Source: Gekko japonicus
Lineage: Eukaryota
Reading direction: 5' to 3'
DNA length: 64,000 bases
Assembly (NCBI RefSeq): GCF_001447785.1
Contig: NW_015170317.1
Span: 385,884-449,883 of the forward strand
Positions 27,085 through 39,374 of this stretch are shown in pieces; the first letter of the stretch is position 1, and every line of letters starts with the position of its first letter. The translations under genes and the position numbers were made by a program. The notes beneath the pieces were generated by a model, which worked only from the letters and a program-made list of their open reading frames with translations, was not told the origin of the DNA and ran no database searches.

Positions 27085-27495
27085 AGAGCCCTGCTGGATC
27101 AGACCAATGATCCATCTAATCTAGCACCTAGTCCACACAGTGGCCATCTAGCTCCTCTGGATGGCCAACAACAGGGCATAGAGGCCGAGGCCTTCCCCTG
27201 ATGTTGCCTCCTGGGTTGACTCTGAGATTCAAAGGTTTAGTGCCTCTGCATGTGGAGGTTCTCTTCTGCACGATGGCTAGTAGCCATTGATAGACTTCTC
27301 CTCCATGAAGCTATCTAACCCCGCTTTAAAGCTGTTTATTCCTGTGGCCACACTACATCCTCTGGCAGCAAATTCCACATTTTAATCACTCTCTGAGTAA
27401 AGTAGTATTTCCTTTTGTCTGTTCTGAACGTACTGCCAATCAGCTTCAATGGATGCCCTCGAGTCCTAGAATTTGGGGACAGGAAGAAAAATTTA
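27085..27495 (-). mobile_element. CR1 LINE 3' fragment inserted in a foldback MITE (~26870-27650)
   Basis: ORF 27336-27557 RTRGHPLKL..FRTDKRKYYFTQRVIKMWNLLP is the CR1 ORF2 C-terminus, followed by a CR1 3' UTR. Confidence 0.9.
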
Positions 27496-27887
27496 TCTTG
27501 GTCTCTTTTTCTCTTTACCATAGAGTTTGAGGGAAATCCTAGAGTATCCCATGGCATGGTAATGTTACTTCCTGTTAGGCAGCTACAAGTGATGTTGTGG
27601 TGACTCAGGACACTATTTTGGTAAGTCTGTCCCTCCTCCCCAAGTCCCTCCCCCCCAACACTATAGTATAAATGATATTAAAAGAAACAAAAGGCTCAGA
27701 AACTCCAGCAAGAAAAATGGACAAAATTAAATGGCCCACAACATCATTTATACATCCCTGCCCACCCTGTAGGCTGTACACATCATGAGCAGTAGGAGAA
27801 CATCTTAGGCTTGTGTATTAACTTCTCTTGGTTTAAGGCAGCTTACAATAGTAGTTAAAATATCTCCAGTTAAAACTAAAGATAAAA

Positions 27888-28475
27888 TTGTTGTTGTTGT
27901 TGTTCAGTCGCACAGTTGAGTCCGACTCTTTGCGACCCCATGGATCACATCATGCCAGACCCTCCTGTCTTCCGCCATCCTCTGGAGTTTGCTCAATTTC
28001 ATGTTCATTGCATCGATAACACTTTCTAACCATCTCATCCTTTGCCGTCCCCTTCTTCTTTGACCTTCAATCTTTCCCAGCATCAAGGTCTTCTCCAGTG
28101 AGTGCTCCCTTCTCATTTGGTGGCCAAAATATTTGAGCTTCAGCTTCAGTATCTGGCCTTCCAAAGAACAGTCAGGGTTGATTTCCTTTAGGACTGACTG
28201 ATTTGATCTCCTTGAAGTCCAAGGGACTCTCAAGAGTCTTCTCCAGCACCATAGTTCAAAAGCATCTATTCTTCAGCGCTTGGCCTTCCTTATGGTCCAA
28301 CTCTTGCAGCCATACATGACTACTGGGAATACCATTGCTTTGACCATACAGAATTTTGTTCGCAGGGTGATGTCTCTACTTTTTCTGATGCTGTCTAGGT
28401 TTGCCATTGCTTTCCTCCCAAGGAGCAGGCATCTTTTAATTTTGTGGCTGTGGTCACCATCTGCAGAGATCTTGG
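27888..28475 (-). mobile_element. BovB (RTE) LINE, 5'-truncated
   Basis: ORFs 27904-28233 and 28273-28575 (KISADGD.SHKIKRCLLLGRKAM..); (CAA)n tail; flanking GATAAAAT is a possible TSD; inserted in an L2 tail. Confidence 0.95.
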
Positions 28476-28795
28476 CTAAAATAATGATAAAATAGCAAGC
28501 CCCGGATCCCTCCCCTCTTCCCACCTTGAAAGAAGCTTGACATTTAAACCCCTCAAAAGCTGGACAAACATGCAAGCCTTGCAGTGCCTCCTGAAGATCT
28601 TCAGGGAGGGAACCCCTCTCACTTCTTCAGAAAGCCCATTCCACAGAGCCAGAGCCACAGCTGAAAAGGCCTGGGCTCTGATTGATGACAGATGGGCTAC
28701 GCTAAGTGGTAGGGTAACCAACAGATGGCTGCCTGATAACCACTGTTGGTGTACAGGGATATATGGAAGGAGATGGTCCTGCACATGGGACATGT
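28476..28795 (-). mobile_element. L2 LINE 3' fragment (tail continues at 27830-27887)
   Basis: RAQAFSAVALALWNGLSEEVR..SLKIFRRHCK, the L2 ORF2 terminus. Confidence 0.8.
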
Positions 28796-29028
28796 TACAT
28801 CTTTCCTAGCACTCCCCTCAGATCATCTCTTTATTCTATATTTACAGAAGTAACAAGCATTGAGAAAGAGTAGTGAACATCCATTCTTTTATTATTTTCA
28901 TTCTAAATACCACAGGGTGGACAATTGATTCCTCTTTAAGCAATTTTGAGTCTGTGCATTTCAAACTCTTTGAATGCAACCCTGTCTAAGCTTACCTGAG
29001 AGTCAGTCTAGATGATTATGTGCATTTG

Positions 29029-29290
29029 AAGAAGGAGGAGATTGGATTTATACCCCACCCTTCACTCAGAGTCTCAAAGCAGCTTACAAACTTTTCCCTC
29101 TTCCCCTCCACACAACAGACACCCTGTGACGTAGGTGGGGCTGAGAGAGATCTGAGAGAACTGCTCTTGAGAGAACAGCTGTGACACAACTATGGCTTGC
29201 CCAAGGTCATCCAGCAGCTGCAAGTGGAGCAGTGGGGAATCAAACCCGGTTCTCCCAGATTAGACTCCGTGCACTTAACCACTACACCAA
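29029..29290 (-). mobile_element. Squam3-type SINE
   Basis: Aligns with the 17236 and 55735 copies. Confidence 0.85.
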
Positions 29291-29759
29291 TCAGAGCCAC
29301 AGCCAGCATCATGCATAAGCTTAGGTGGTCCCTTGCTGATCAATGAGAGCTGCTGGTGGGCCCACTCACAGCAGTGGCTTCTGAAAGTGAGCGATGGAGT
29401 CTGGAGCAATCAGCTAAAGGTGGGGAAGGGGTCACCTTTTCCCCAGTTTTCCTTTACCTTTCCCTGCCTCTCTCCCTCCTCCCCAGCTTTCCCCCATCAG
29501 GGTTGCCAGCTCCAGGTTGGGAGATACCTAGAGACTTTTGGGGTGGAGCCTGAGGAGGGCAGAACTTGGGAAGGGGAGGGACTTCAATTGGTTATAATGC
29601 CAGACTCCACCTTCCAAAGCGACCATTTTCTCCAGGTGAATTGATCTCTATCACCTGACGATCAGCAGTAATACTAGGAGATCTCCAGCCACCACCTTGT
29701 GATTGGCAAACCTATTCCCCATGCAGCCTGCAGTTAGCACACAATATTTGCTCCTGACT

Positions 29760-30080
29760 TGATCCAGTTTTGCAGGGCGTGCAAGACAGAGATGTTCCGT
29801 TGGGCCTGTGGTTGAGGGCAGCAACAGTTTTTCACATGGCTGGCTCCTCCTCTCCTCTCCTGTCTTTTCCTTCCCCTATTGGGTAAGGATATACAAATTA
29901 ATGTATGCTATGCACGTCTGGAAATCTTGATCTGAATTACTACAATCTGATTTTAACTGTTTAATTGTTTTTTTTATTAATTCGGATGTACTTATTTAAA
30001 ATGTTGTTCACCACCCTGAGCCTGTTCACAAGGAAGACAGTCTAAAAACTGAATTGATTAAATGAATAAAACAAATAAAT
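29760..30080 (+). mobile_element. L2 3' end
   Basis: QFCRACKTEMF. followed by TTCACCACCCTGAGCC.. and an (AAAT)n-like tail. Confidence 0.65.
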
Positions 30081-30081
30081 G

Positions 30082-30570
30082 AGTAGCCCATATGTTCTGG
30101 GCCTAGGCTGACAGCCCCCACAGTGGAATCATGGCCCTTGGGAGCAATGCTCCCTCTAAGCTGTGGAATCTTATGAGCAAAAATTCTACTCTGTGAGCTA
30201 CTGGCATTAAAGTTGTGAGCAAGTGATTTGGCTACTGCATAAATTAGTTGGCTCTGGAGCCATCCTACCTGAGCCGAGACTGAAATGTGTGAGCTGGAGG
30301 CTAAAAAACTGTGAGCTAGCTCACACTAACTCAGCTTAGAGGGGACACTGCTTGGGAGTAGCATGAATATTTTGGGACTGGAATGACAGCCCCCAGTGTG
30401 GAATGACAGTCCTCAGGAGTAGCAGGTATATTCTGTGCCTGGAATGTCCCTGGGAGTACCATGAGTATTCTGGGATTGAAATTACAGCCCTCAGAGCGGA
30501 ATGATAACCCTTGGGGGTAGCAGAAGTGTTCTGGGACTGGAATCACAGGTGTCAGAGTGGAATGACCCCT
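30082..30570. repeat. Degenerate ~61-bp minisatellite
   Basis: About 5 units GAGTAGCA..TTCTGGGACTGGAATGACAGCCCC..GTGGAATGA..CCTTGG. Confidence 0.7.
30145..30350. mobile_element. hAT MITE inserted in the minisatellite
   Basis: TIRs CAATGCTCCCTCTAAGCTG / CAGCTTAGAGGGGACACTG; 8-bp TSD CTTGGGAG; sister copy at 45475. Confidence 0.9.
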
Positions 30571-30760
30571 CCTGTGATTGAAATAAGTGTAAGTTATTCC
30601 AGTCCCAGATGATCACTTCTTGGCTAAAAGATGTTAATGATATAGTCACATTTTTTTCATATCAAATGGCTTCTTTTAGCCAAGAACATTTATTTAGTTA
30701 TGCTAATTTTCCTGTCTCCCCACCCCAGCATTTCCCCTCTGCGCTAATCACTCTGATTAC

Positions 30761-31096
30761 CAGAGGACATTTTGGGGGGGAACGCGGGGGAATGCAGTTC
30801 CCCCGGGTGAGGTGCAGGGGGCGGGGCACATGATGAAGCCCCGCCCCCTGCTTCTGGCTGCCCCGCTTCCGGCCCTCATTCAGCCAGGAGGAGGCAGGAG
30901 AAGAGGGAGGGTAAGTTGCTTCCTCCCCGCCTCTCCCCATCCCTGCCTGCCTGGGGCCAGGGAGGGCCTTGGCGGGGCTTCCTCGTACTCCCGCTGGCCT
31001 TGCAGGTCCAACGCCGGGCCCCCTATGTCAGGGGGGATATGCTAATGAGTTATGCTAATGAGTTCCCCTAGCTCTTTTTCTATGAAATGACCCCTG
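30761..31096. mobile_element. hAT MITE, GC/CpG-rich
   Basis: TIRs CAGAGGACATTT / AAATGACCCCTG; 8-bp TSD CTGATTAC (30753-30760 / 31097-31104). Confidence 0.85.
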
Positions 31097-31203
31097 CTGA
31101 TTACCATGCACATTGTACCTCTGCATCCTGAGTTCCTTCTTTGTAACACCCCTCTCACCTTCTGACTGGGATATAAAGACTAAGAGATCTCCATTTCAAC
31201 TCA

Positions 31204-31328
31204 GATCTGATGAAAGGAGCCTTTACCTTCAAAAGCTTGTATCCCCCAAATCTTGTTGGTCTCTAAAGGTGCCACTGGGCTCAAATTTAGCTGTGCCAGT
31301 GCAGACCAATATGGCGACCCCCTGAAAT
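31204..31328 (+). mobile_element. Penelope-derived repeat with decayed hammerhead core
   Basis: CTGATGA AAGGAGCCTTTACCTTC AAAA GCTTG then TTGGTCTCTAAAGGTGCCACTGG. Confidence 0.6.
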
Positions 31329-32806
31329 CAGATATGAAAGGAAAATTTACCATAAACGTAGAAGGGAAAAGAAGGGAGACTAGTAGGCTTTTTCCATCTA
31401 ATGTTAGTTTTTCAAAAGCAACCTTCTTAAGTGCAGGCAGAGGGAGCCCTTGCTTTGAACACAAAGTCTTGTCACGTACAGTTTGTCTATTTATAAAGCT
31501 AATATCACAAAATAGAACCAGTGCCACTGGAGGATATATGAGTTTTCTGAACAGTCAACAATAGTAAAGAAGAGGATCTCAAGTGAGAAATACGAGCAGT
31601 TTCTGTAATTTCTGAACAATAAATTCTTGTCCATCCAAAGTCATTCCTATTAGATGCTGTCACTTTGTATAATGATAGTGTGATCTTTGTGTGTGTGTGT
31701 GTGTGTGCAATCTACTGCCTAAATTACTGAGGTTTTGTATAGACTTCCCTGAAGCCCATTTTGACTCCCTACTAGCACTATTAAATTATTTCTTCTTAAA
31801 ATACCATAATGGGCAGGCGATATCTGTGGAGAACGATGAAACAGTCTGACTAATGGGAACAATTGGACATGATTGATTGGCCCTTTAGCAGCAGAAAAAA
31901 AGCTCTTGAAACGTATTCTTAGACCCAGAAACCTGAAATGCAACACATAGATTTAGCCTGTAAGATAGGCACAGAGCTATAAGAAAGGAAAGGTTTGGCC
32001 GATTAAACTCTGAAAAAGGAAGCTGGGCAGAAACATCATGGGTTCAGAGCTTTCCGGATATGTTTTTTTGCAGCTTCCATTGCATTTCATATCTTAGAGC
32101 TGTTGTGGTTAAAGTCAAGGCTTTGATGTTAAATTCATAAATGACTTCAACCACCAGGGAAGCAGCGTTGACCAGTTTTCATCTCAAAATGACACAATGA
32201 TGTTAGTAAGAAAAGAGAAAATGTTGTTCCCCTTATCCCCTGGAAACAAAGCTCTGAAATTGTCATTAATTTCTATGGAGTTCTTTTTCACTTATTCATA
32301 ATCTCTTGCCTCTGTATTTTAAAAATGCTCAAGGAATCTTAAAGCAATCTAACAATGATTAGTTGAATACTTTAGGAAAGCCGGGGTGAAAAGCCAGTTA
32401 AAAAAATCAGTTTTTTTAAAGGCCTTCTGGATTTTTTCAAAAGACTTGCGTTGTCTCTGCAAGACCTCAGTGAGGGGATTTGTACAGCAGTCTTGCACAA
32501 AATCTCCTGAAATGAACAGAGAGTTCGCAGTATCAGTGGGAGAAAGGCAAAGAGGAGCAGACTGACTCAGTATATCTGTGCTTGACAGGGACGTCATCCA
32601 ACCAGAATTTGAAGTCCATTCTCTTCCATGCAGCATCACTGATGTTTAGTATTTCTATACAAGCGTTTTGCTCAATCACACTGCCAAGCAATTGGGCCTG
32701 ACAAGGTTCTTATTTTACACAAACAGGGTACTCTTTGATAGAGCCATTCCTATTGGATCTGAGCCTTGTAGCTGATGGCAGTATATCAGGAAGTAGACTG
32801 GCAGGA

Positions 32807-33430
32807 TTACCAGGAAAGGGGGGGGGCTAAGCTCAGGAAGTCTGCTGCATGCCTGGCATCTTTGGGGAAAGAGGCCAAAGCTTTGTTCTCTGTAAGGCAG
32901 GCAAGGTGCTGCATTGCTTGAGAGGGTGGTAAAAAACAGAGGTTGGTGTTTTCCATTCCTCTTCCTCGTAACAGGAAACCTGCCAGTTCTGCAAAATTGA
33001 GGCTATTGAGCTTCCACTCTCCTGAAATGAAAAAAAGAAAAGAAAAGAAAAACATGCACACAAGGGCAGCTCCGTCTACAAGCAGCTCTCAGGAGGCACC
33101 AGTATCCACGGATCAGTCCATTCAAACACAGAGAGGGGTGACATTTTCTTTCATAAATCACAAAGCTTATTCATGGATGTGAAACAGCAGAAGTACCACT
33201 CATATTGATAGAGGCAGTATTTTTTAAGGGGAACCCAAAGAGAAAAAAAGTGCTTTGCTTCTTTGTCTCATGATGTTGTGTAAGGAGTAAAGAAATAGTT
33301 TTTGTGTGTGTGATTTGTGCTACCAAATACGAGATAAATTTGTCAGGTGGGAGAAGCACTGAAGTGCATACTTACCAGTGCTAACAGTGTAAATGGAAAC
33401 ATTAAGTATTGTTCCACTCCAGACTGACAT
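32807..33430 (-). other. Candidate two-exon segment (33430-33376, intron 33375-33022, 33021-32807) of an unidentified minus-strand transcript
   Basis: Donor CTG|GTAAGT at 33376/33375; long polypyrimidine acceptor TTTTCTTTTCTTTTCTTTTTTTCATTTCAG|G at 33022/33021; no recognised protein homology. Confidence 0.3.
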
Positions 33431-34149
33431 GTTCGAGAGCACGTTTCTTGATGTAGATATTTTTGGAATCTTTGGGAGTTAAGCGACTATAAGTAGTGCA
33501 ATTTGTCAAGGAAAAATTGCACTACTTACGAATATATTGGATGTCGGGGGGGGGACACCACGCATGCAGTAACAATTTTGAAATACAGTCTATTCCTAAA
33601 TGTTAGCAAATCAGAGTGCAAACAGCTATGACTGCATTTTGTACAGAAATTAAAAATCAGGAGCAGTTTAGGCTTTGCAAAGATGCTACAGCCATTTTTT
33701 ATAATAAAAATGAGATAAGAAATATAGGTAAGAATTCAGTGGGAAGAGGTGAAGAGGTGCCTATTCATGACCAGAGAGAGTGCAACAAAGTTCTCTGCCA
33801 CTTGTGCTACTTAATTACATTTAATTTTCAAGACTGCATTAATTTTCAAGACTGAGCCCGTTCGCTGGGAGTGTGGGATATAACTCAAATAAATCAAATA
33901 AATAAATAATATGCTTTAATAATGAGTACATTATTTGTATAGTGGAGAATAGACTTAGGCATGTTCTACAGTAGCAGCCACCCTATAAAACTCTGCTGCA
34001 AAAAAAGTCTGTTAAGTTCTGGTTTGGTCTTTTCCACTAGCTATTGCTTCATTTGTAGAAATGAGAGATGTCAGAATGCATCTGAAAACAATATGATCTA
34101 TGACATGCATACCTATAAAGAATCTGATTGAAGACATGCCTACCTATAA

Positions 34150-34902
34150 ACCCTCTCTACATGGGGCTGCCTTTGTCACAAATCCGGAAGCTGCAGATAG
34201 TGCAGAATGCTGCAGCCAGACTGTTGATGGGTCTCCCTAGATGGGAGTACATCTGTCCTGTGCTGAAAGCGCTGCACTGGCTGCCAATAGCGTACTGGGT
34301 TCACTTCAAAGTGCTGGTTCTTAGCTTTAAAGCCCTATATGGCCAGGGTCCGATATATCTGAGGGACCACCTTTCTTCGTATGTACCCCAAAGAGCACTA
34401 CAGTCTGGGGCACAACATCACCTAGTGATTCCAGGCCCCAAGGAGGCCTGGCTTGCTGCAACCAGGACTATAGCCTACTCAGTGGCGGCTCCTATCTGGT
34501 GGAATGAGCTCCCGGAGGAGTTCAGGGCCTTGCGGGACCTCGTACAGTTCTGCAGGGCCTGCAAGACGGAGCTCTTCCACCAGGCTTTTGATTAGGAGCC
34601 ACCACTACTACCATCACCAATGAACCCAGCTGTTAACTGGGAACAGAGTGGCCCTAGAACAATCACATTTAAGTGGCGCGGCGGATTGGGACCATTGTAC
34701 GGGGATGGAGGCAACATCTACTGGACACTATCTCGTCTTAATTTAAGAGCAACAGCATTGAGCACTTTATGTAATTTTGATATTTAATCTGTTTTATCTT
34801 GTTTTATTTGGTTTTATGTATTGGCACATGGTGCCCTTGTTTGTTAGCCGCCCTGAGCCCATTCGTGGGGAGGGCGGGGTAGAAATTTAAATACATAAAT
34901 AA
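34150..34902 (+). mobile_element. L2 LINE 3' ~750 bp
   Basis: ORF 34128-34595 (LYMGLPL..LQIVQNAAARLL..LHWLP..WNELP..FCRACKTELF) plus tail TTAGCCGCCCTGAG..GGGCGGGGTAGAAAT. Confidence 0.92.
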
Positions 34903-37189
34903 ACCCATGTACTCATCAACTGCAAGTTGTGCAACACAGGTTGGACCTCACACATAATCTCCCTTGATAGAAGAGACTTCATCAGTGGAGGGGGACTTAC
35001 CTGCCTCCTGCACATGCTGCAGGCCCAACTGTCCCCTGAAGTATGGGAGGAAGCAGCAACATTATGAGAGCCACAACTGCAACTAGTGAATGGCTAATGG
35101 AATCTGGTGCCAGTAAGTGACATTATTATCCCATCTCATGCTGGGTTCCATTAGCCAGTCAGAAGCCATATATCTGTATGGTGCTATAGCCATGGCCCCA
35201 GCAGCTCCTGCTGGTAAAGGCACTGCCTCTCCCTTTAGCTGTACAAAAGTGGTGCACCATTGTATGAACTGCCACAGTATTTGAATATGGATATCCTGGC
35301 TTAATCCTGGTTTGTTCTCTGACAACACCCTTCAAAGCTATAGAGGAAAGGCAATGTAAGCAGCATTTACTGAGGCAAATTAGGATTTGAGTGATCATGA
35401 TCACTCATGAGTGATCACAAATGAACCACAGCCCATCGTATGATGTCTGAACTGAGCTTATGAGTTTTGTAGTTTCTTGGAATCCTGTCATTTCTTTGGA
35501 TAATAAAAAACACAGAAGTGTCCACTGTTGTGTGTTTGAGTTCTTTAAAGTCAAGAACAACACCTTCAGTCTCTTCCTTGGATTTTCAAAACATGATATA
35601 TTTTCATATTGTTGTCCATGGTTCATTCACCCTCCCTTCATTAACCACAATCTTCTGTTATTCTCCTTGGCATAAAACATTTAGATTGTTCAACCTTAAA
35701 AAAAGGCAATGTGCTTTTCTTTAGTTAATCGAAAATTAAGATAACATTATAAACATTTTGCTTTCAGAAACAGTAAACAAGGAAATGCTTTGTTATGCAA
35801 ATGATATCAATAAAGCACATGGAGAAATGTCAAGGCCCACACTTCTCATTAAAGCAACGGTCTGTGAAGGCATCATGGTAACATCTCCAGCTTGGTGAAT
35901 GAATTGTGACAAATCCACTTCTTGGCTGGGCTAGAGGGAAAATACACAAACAGCCCTTCTAATTGAACAGAAGGATACATCCATGTGTTGGTGGGCAAGA
36001 CAGCACACATTTAACCATTCATCATACCACCATGCTTTTCATACTACTGAATTCTATTTACTTAGAGTTTAGTGGTCAGTCGTGAAATCAATGGATTTAT
36101 GCTAGCAAGTACACACAGTAAACCACTTAATTTGAGGATTAAGAGTAGGATCCCAATATTTTATGGAAACTGTTTAGGATTGTAATCTTCGAGTTCCCAA
36201 ATTGGAATAATATACATTTTTCTAATTATGCAAATCCAGAATTTTCATTGTCACACTGCCTATCAGTTGTTTTATACTGATTCTTAGGCACTGTCACAAA
36301 TGTTGGAGATGAAACAGAGTAATCATTTCCCCCCCCCCTAACCATTAACTGCTGTTCTCTGTTCAGACAGCTATTTGGAAGGAGAAGTAAGAAGCGTAAC
36401 TGTAACCTCTCTTGTTAGCTAAATCAACAAAAGGTGGGAACAGGCTTGTTTTCCATTAAATCATTGGAAGAATACTGTCTGCATATTTTCTGTGTTTTAA
36501 CTTCCTATTTCATTTATAGTCTGTTATTCTTCAACAAAGTTAAGCATACATGGTTTTCTTCTCTTCAATTTTGTTTTCATAACACCCAAATTATTATTGC
36601 CCAAATTCAGTCATGAGCTTCATGACTGAATGGAGATTTTGGTCTTATTTCCACAGTTAGTTATACAGTCATTTTGTCTCATTTCTCTCTCTCTCTCTCT
36701 TTTAAAAGTTAAAGCTGGGAATCTGGGCCAGCAAATGTCCCAAACAGGAACGAGTACACATGCATGTAATCTGGACAAAGCCCAAATGAATGGATCACAA
36801 GCAGCCCTACATGTGTTCTTTGAGTCTAACAGTTCTTGTAGCACCCCCTCTGAGCCACATGGTAAACAGAGGAAAGGAATAAATTGTAAGTCTGTAGTTC
36901 ATTGTTGTAGGAGACTTACAGTGCCATCCTAAGCATACTTGTCTAAATGGGTACACCTTTCTAAATCCATATACCTTTCTAAATTCATTGAAATCAATGG
37001 GCAGTGAAGGGTGTAACTCCACGTAGGATGACACTGTTAATGTGATAAACTGCAAACACTCAGATAGAGGTTGTCTATCTATATTATAGAAGTGACATTA
37101 TCAGGCTGACACGTAATATGTGGAAAAGCTATATAGGAATACAAGATGACTGGAATGAATTTATGTTTGAGTTAATATTTCAGTGTTGG

Positions 37190-37759
37190 CAGGGGTCTTT
37201 TCATAGAAAAAGAGCTGTAGGAGTTCATTAGCATATGTTATGCTAATGAGCTACACTATTAGCATAATAGCTCATTAGCATATGCAACGCCCCCTGACAG
37301 CACTGTAAGTGATGTCAGAAGGGAAAGCAAAAGGGGGGAAAGGCATCTTCAAAAGCCTCCCCTTCCCTCCCCCAGCCAGAGGTGAAGAGTTTAAACCTCT
37401 TATCACTAGAGTTGGGCCACAGAAGGAGGAAAGAGGGAAGGAAAGAGAGAGAGAGTAGAGAGAAGGAACAAAGGAATGAAAGAGTGAAAGAAAGAGAAGT
37501 AAAGAAGGAAGAAAAGAGGAAACGAAAGAGAAGGAAAGAAGGAGGGAAAGAAAGAGGACAAAGAGATGAAGAGGGAGGGATCCATTGTTCCAGTTTCCCC
37601 AGAACTTCATCAGGCTGGATGTTCAGTACAAAAAGTGTGCCATTTGGGGGAGAACAAGATATTTCCCTGCATGAAAGGGGAGTCTCTGATCTGCAGTTTG
37701 TAGAGTCTTACAGTGGAACAGATAAGGTTTTTTAAATCACTTTCCCGAAAAGACCCCTG
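37190..37759. mobile_element. hAT MITE (family of 30761), purine-rich interior
   Basis: TIRs CAGGGGTCTTT / AAAGACCCCTG; 8-bp TSD AGTGTTGG. Confidence 0.85.
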
Positions 37760-38102
37760 AGTGTTGGACATGTTGCTTCTGTTGTTCCTCCTACCTGTAT
37801 TTAAGGTGTTAAACTTTCTGGGTGACTTTGGGCTAGGCACTCTGTCTCAGCCTAATCTACCTCGATGTGTTGTTGTTGAGAGGATAAAATGGAAGGGAGA
37901 ATAATGTCATGAGTTGCTATGGGTCCCCACTGCAGAGAAATATCAAAATAAATAAATGAATAAAGTGTCTCAGCAGCTGTGATATGTTAAACATCAATTC
38001 AACATTATTCAATCTTTTATTATCTGCCAACTTCTGCACTGAATTGAATGATTCAAATGAAAATAGTTGACTTAACTCTTTTCTCATTTGAATGTTTTTA
38101 AA

Positions 38103-38251
38103 TAAGTGTGGAGCTATTCTAAAGGACATGTCTTCTGTGTCTACCCAGCTCACATGAAAACAGAGCTTTCTAAGTGTGGAGCTATTCTAAAGGACATGTG
38201 AGTCCTTTGTATGTCTTCTGTGTCTACCCAGCTCGCATGAAAACAGAGCTT
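38103..38251 (+). repeat. ~66-bp tandem duplication; second copy carries a 15-bp extra segment
   Basis: TAAGTGTGGAGCTATTCTAAAGGACATGT..AAAACAGAGCTT occurs twice. Confidence 0.9.
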
Positions 38252-39374
38252 CCTCAGTTTTCTAGGAAGGGGAGGAGGGACACTTCCCCTCAGGAGAAAG
38301 GTACAGAATTGGCTGACCTTTCTTTCAAGGGTGGGCATTCACACAGCCCCCCACCACTGCCAACACCACCAGCCTAGCTTCCAGATCATCAGCTAGAAAA
38401 TACAGGGATCTTATATTCTAATAGTGAAGTTGGTCAATCTTTGGATACTTAAATCCAGTGACTGGAGTGGTGAACAGGCAAGACAGATCTTTCTACAACC
38501 CTGAAAAGGGCCTTAGGTTTGCAGAAAAAATGTAAAATCTAAAGGGAGGGCTTTAAAAATAAAATAAAAATGATAAAAGGGTCACCTGTATCTTTAAGCA
38601 ACAGACTCCCTCAGTGGTTGTTCTATTCCAGGTTGGGTTCTGTCAGTAAAAGGCAGGGGGAGGAGGAAGGGCCCTTTCCAAGCCTATTTTGGCCTTTGAG
38701 GGAAGATTCATTAGGGCTTGGCCTGACTAGGGTTGCCAGCTCCAGCTTGGGAAGTTCCTGGAGATTTTGTGGTAGAATCTGAGGAGGGCAGGGTTTGAGG
38801 AGGAGAGAGGCTTCAGCTGGATATAATGTAGGGATGCCAGTCCCCAGGTGGAGGCGGGGGATCCCCTGATTTTGGGGGCTCCCCCCATCTGCCAGCTAGT
38901 TGGCTGGCAGGGAGAAATCCCACCCCCAACAGTCATCTACTGCCCCACTTGAAGAGAGTGGGTGCCATGCATGCCTGTCCCACAAGCGTGGCACCCACTG
39001 TTTTCAATCAGGAGCTGCCTGCTCCTGCCCTGCAAGTTGCAAATTTGTGGCTTGCAGGGCAGGGCAGGCATGTGGGGTGCCTGCTTTCCCCCCAACCATT
39101 TAAAGGGAAGGTCCCCCAAATCCCACTGGGGATAGGACCTGGCAACCCTGACATAATGCCATAGAGTCCACCTTCAAAACTAGTTATTTACTCCAAGGGG
39201 ACAGATCTCTGTCATCTGGAATTCAGTTGTAATTCTGGGGGATCTCCAGGTCCCACCTGAAGGTTGGCAACTCTAGGCAGGGTAGCAGCCTCTGGATGAC
39301 TTGATACCACCAAACTTGTATGATTCGAGTAGGCCTGGATGCGTGTTATTCTTCAACAACATCCACCCTGTGAA

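Noticed and set aside
32889-32909. AGGCAAGGTGCTGCATTGCT resembles miR-31
   Set aside because: Several differences from the mature sequence and no complementary arm downstream
33368-33378. ATACTTACC resembles the U1 snRNA 5' end
   Set aside because: No further U1 sequence follows; it is simply the complement of a minus-strand splice donor
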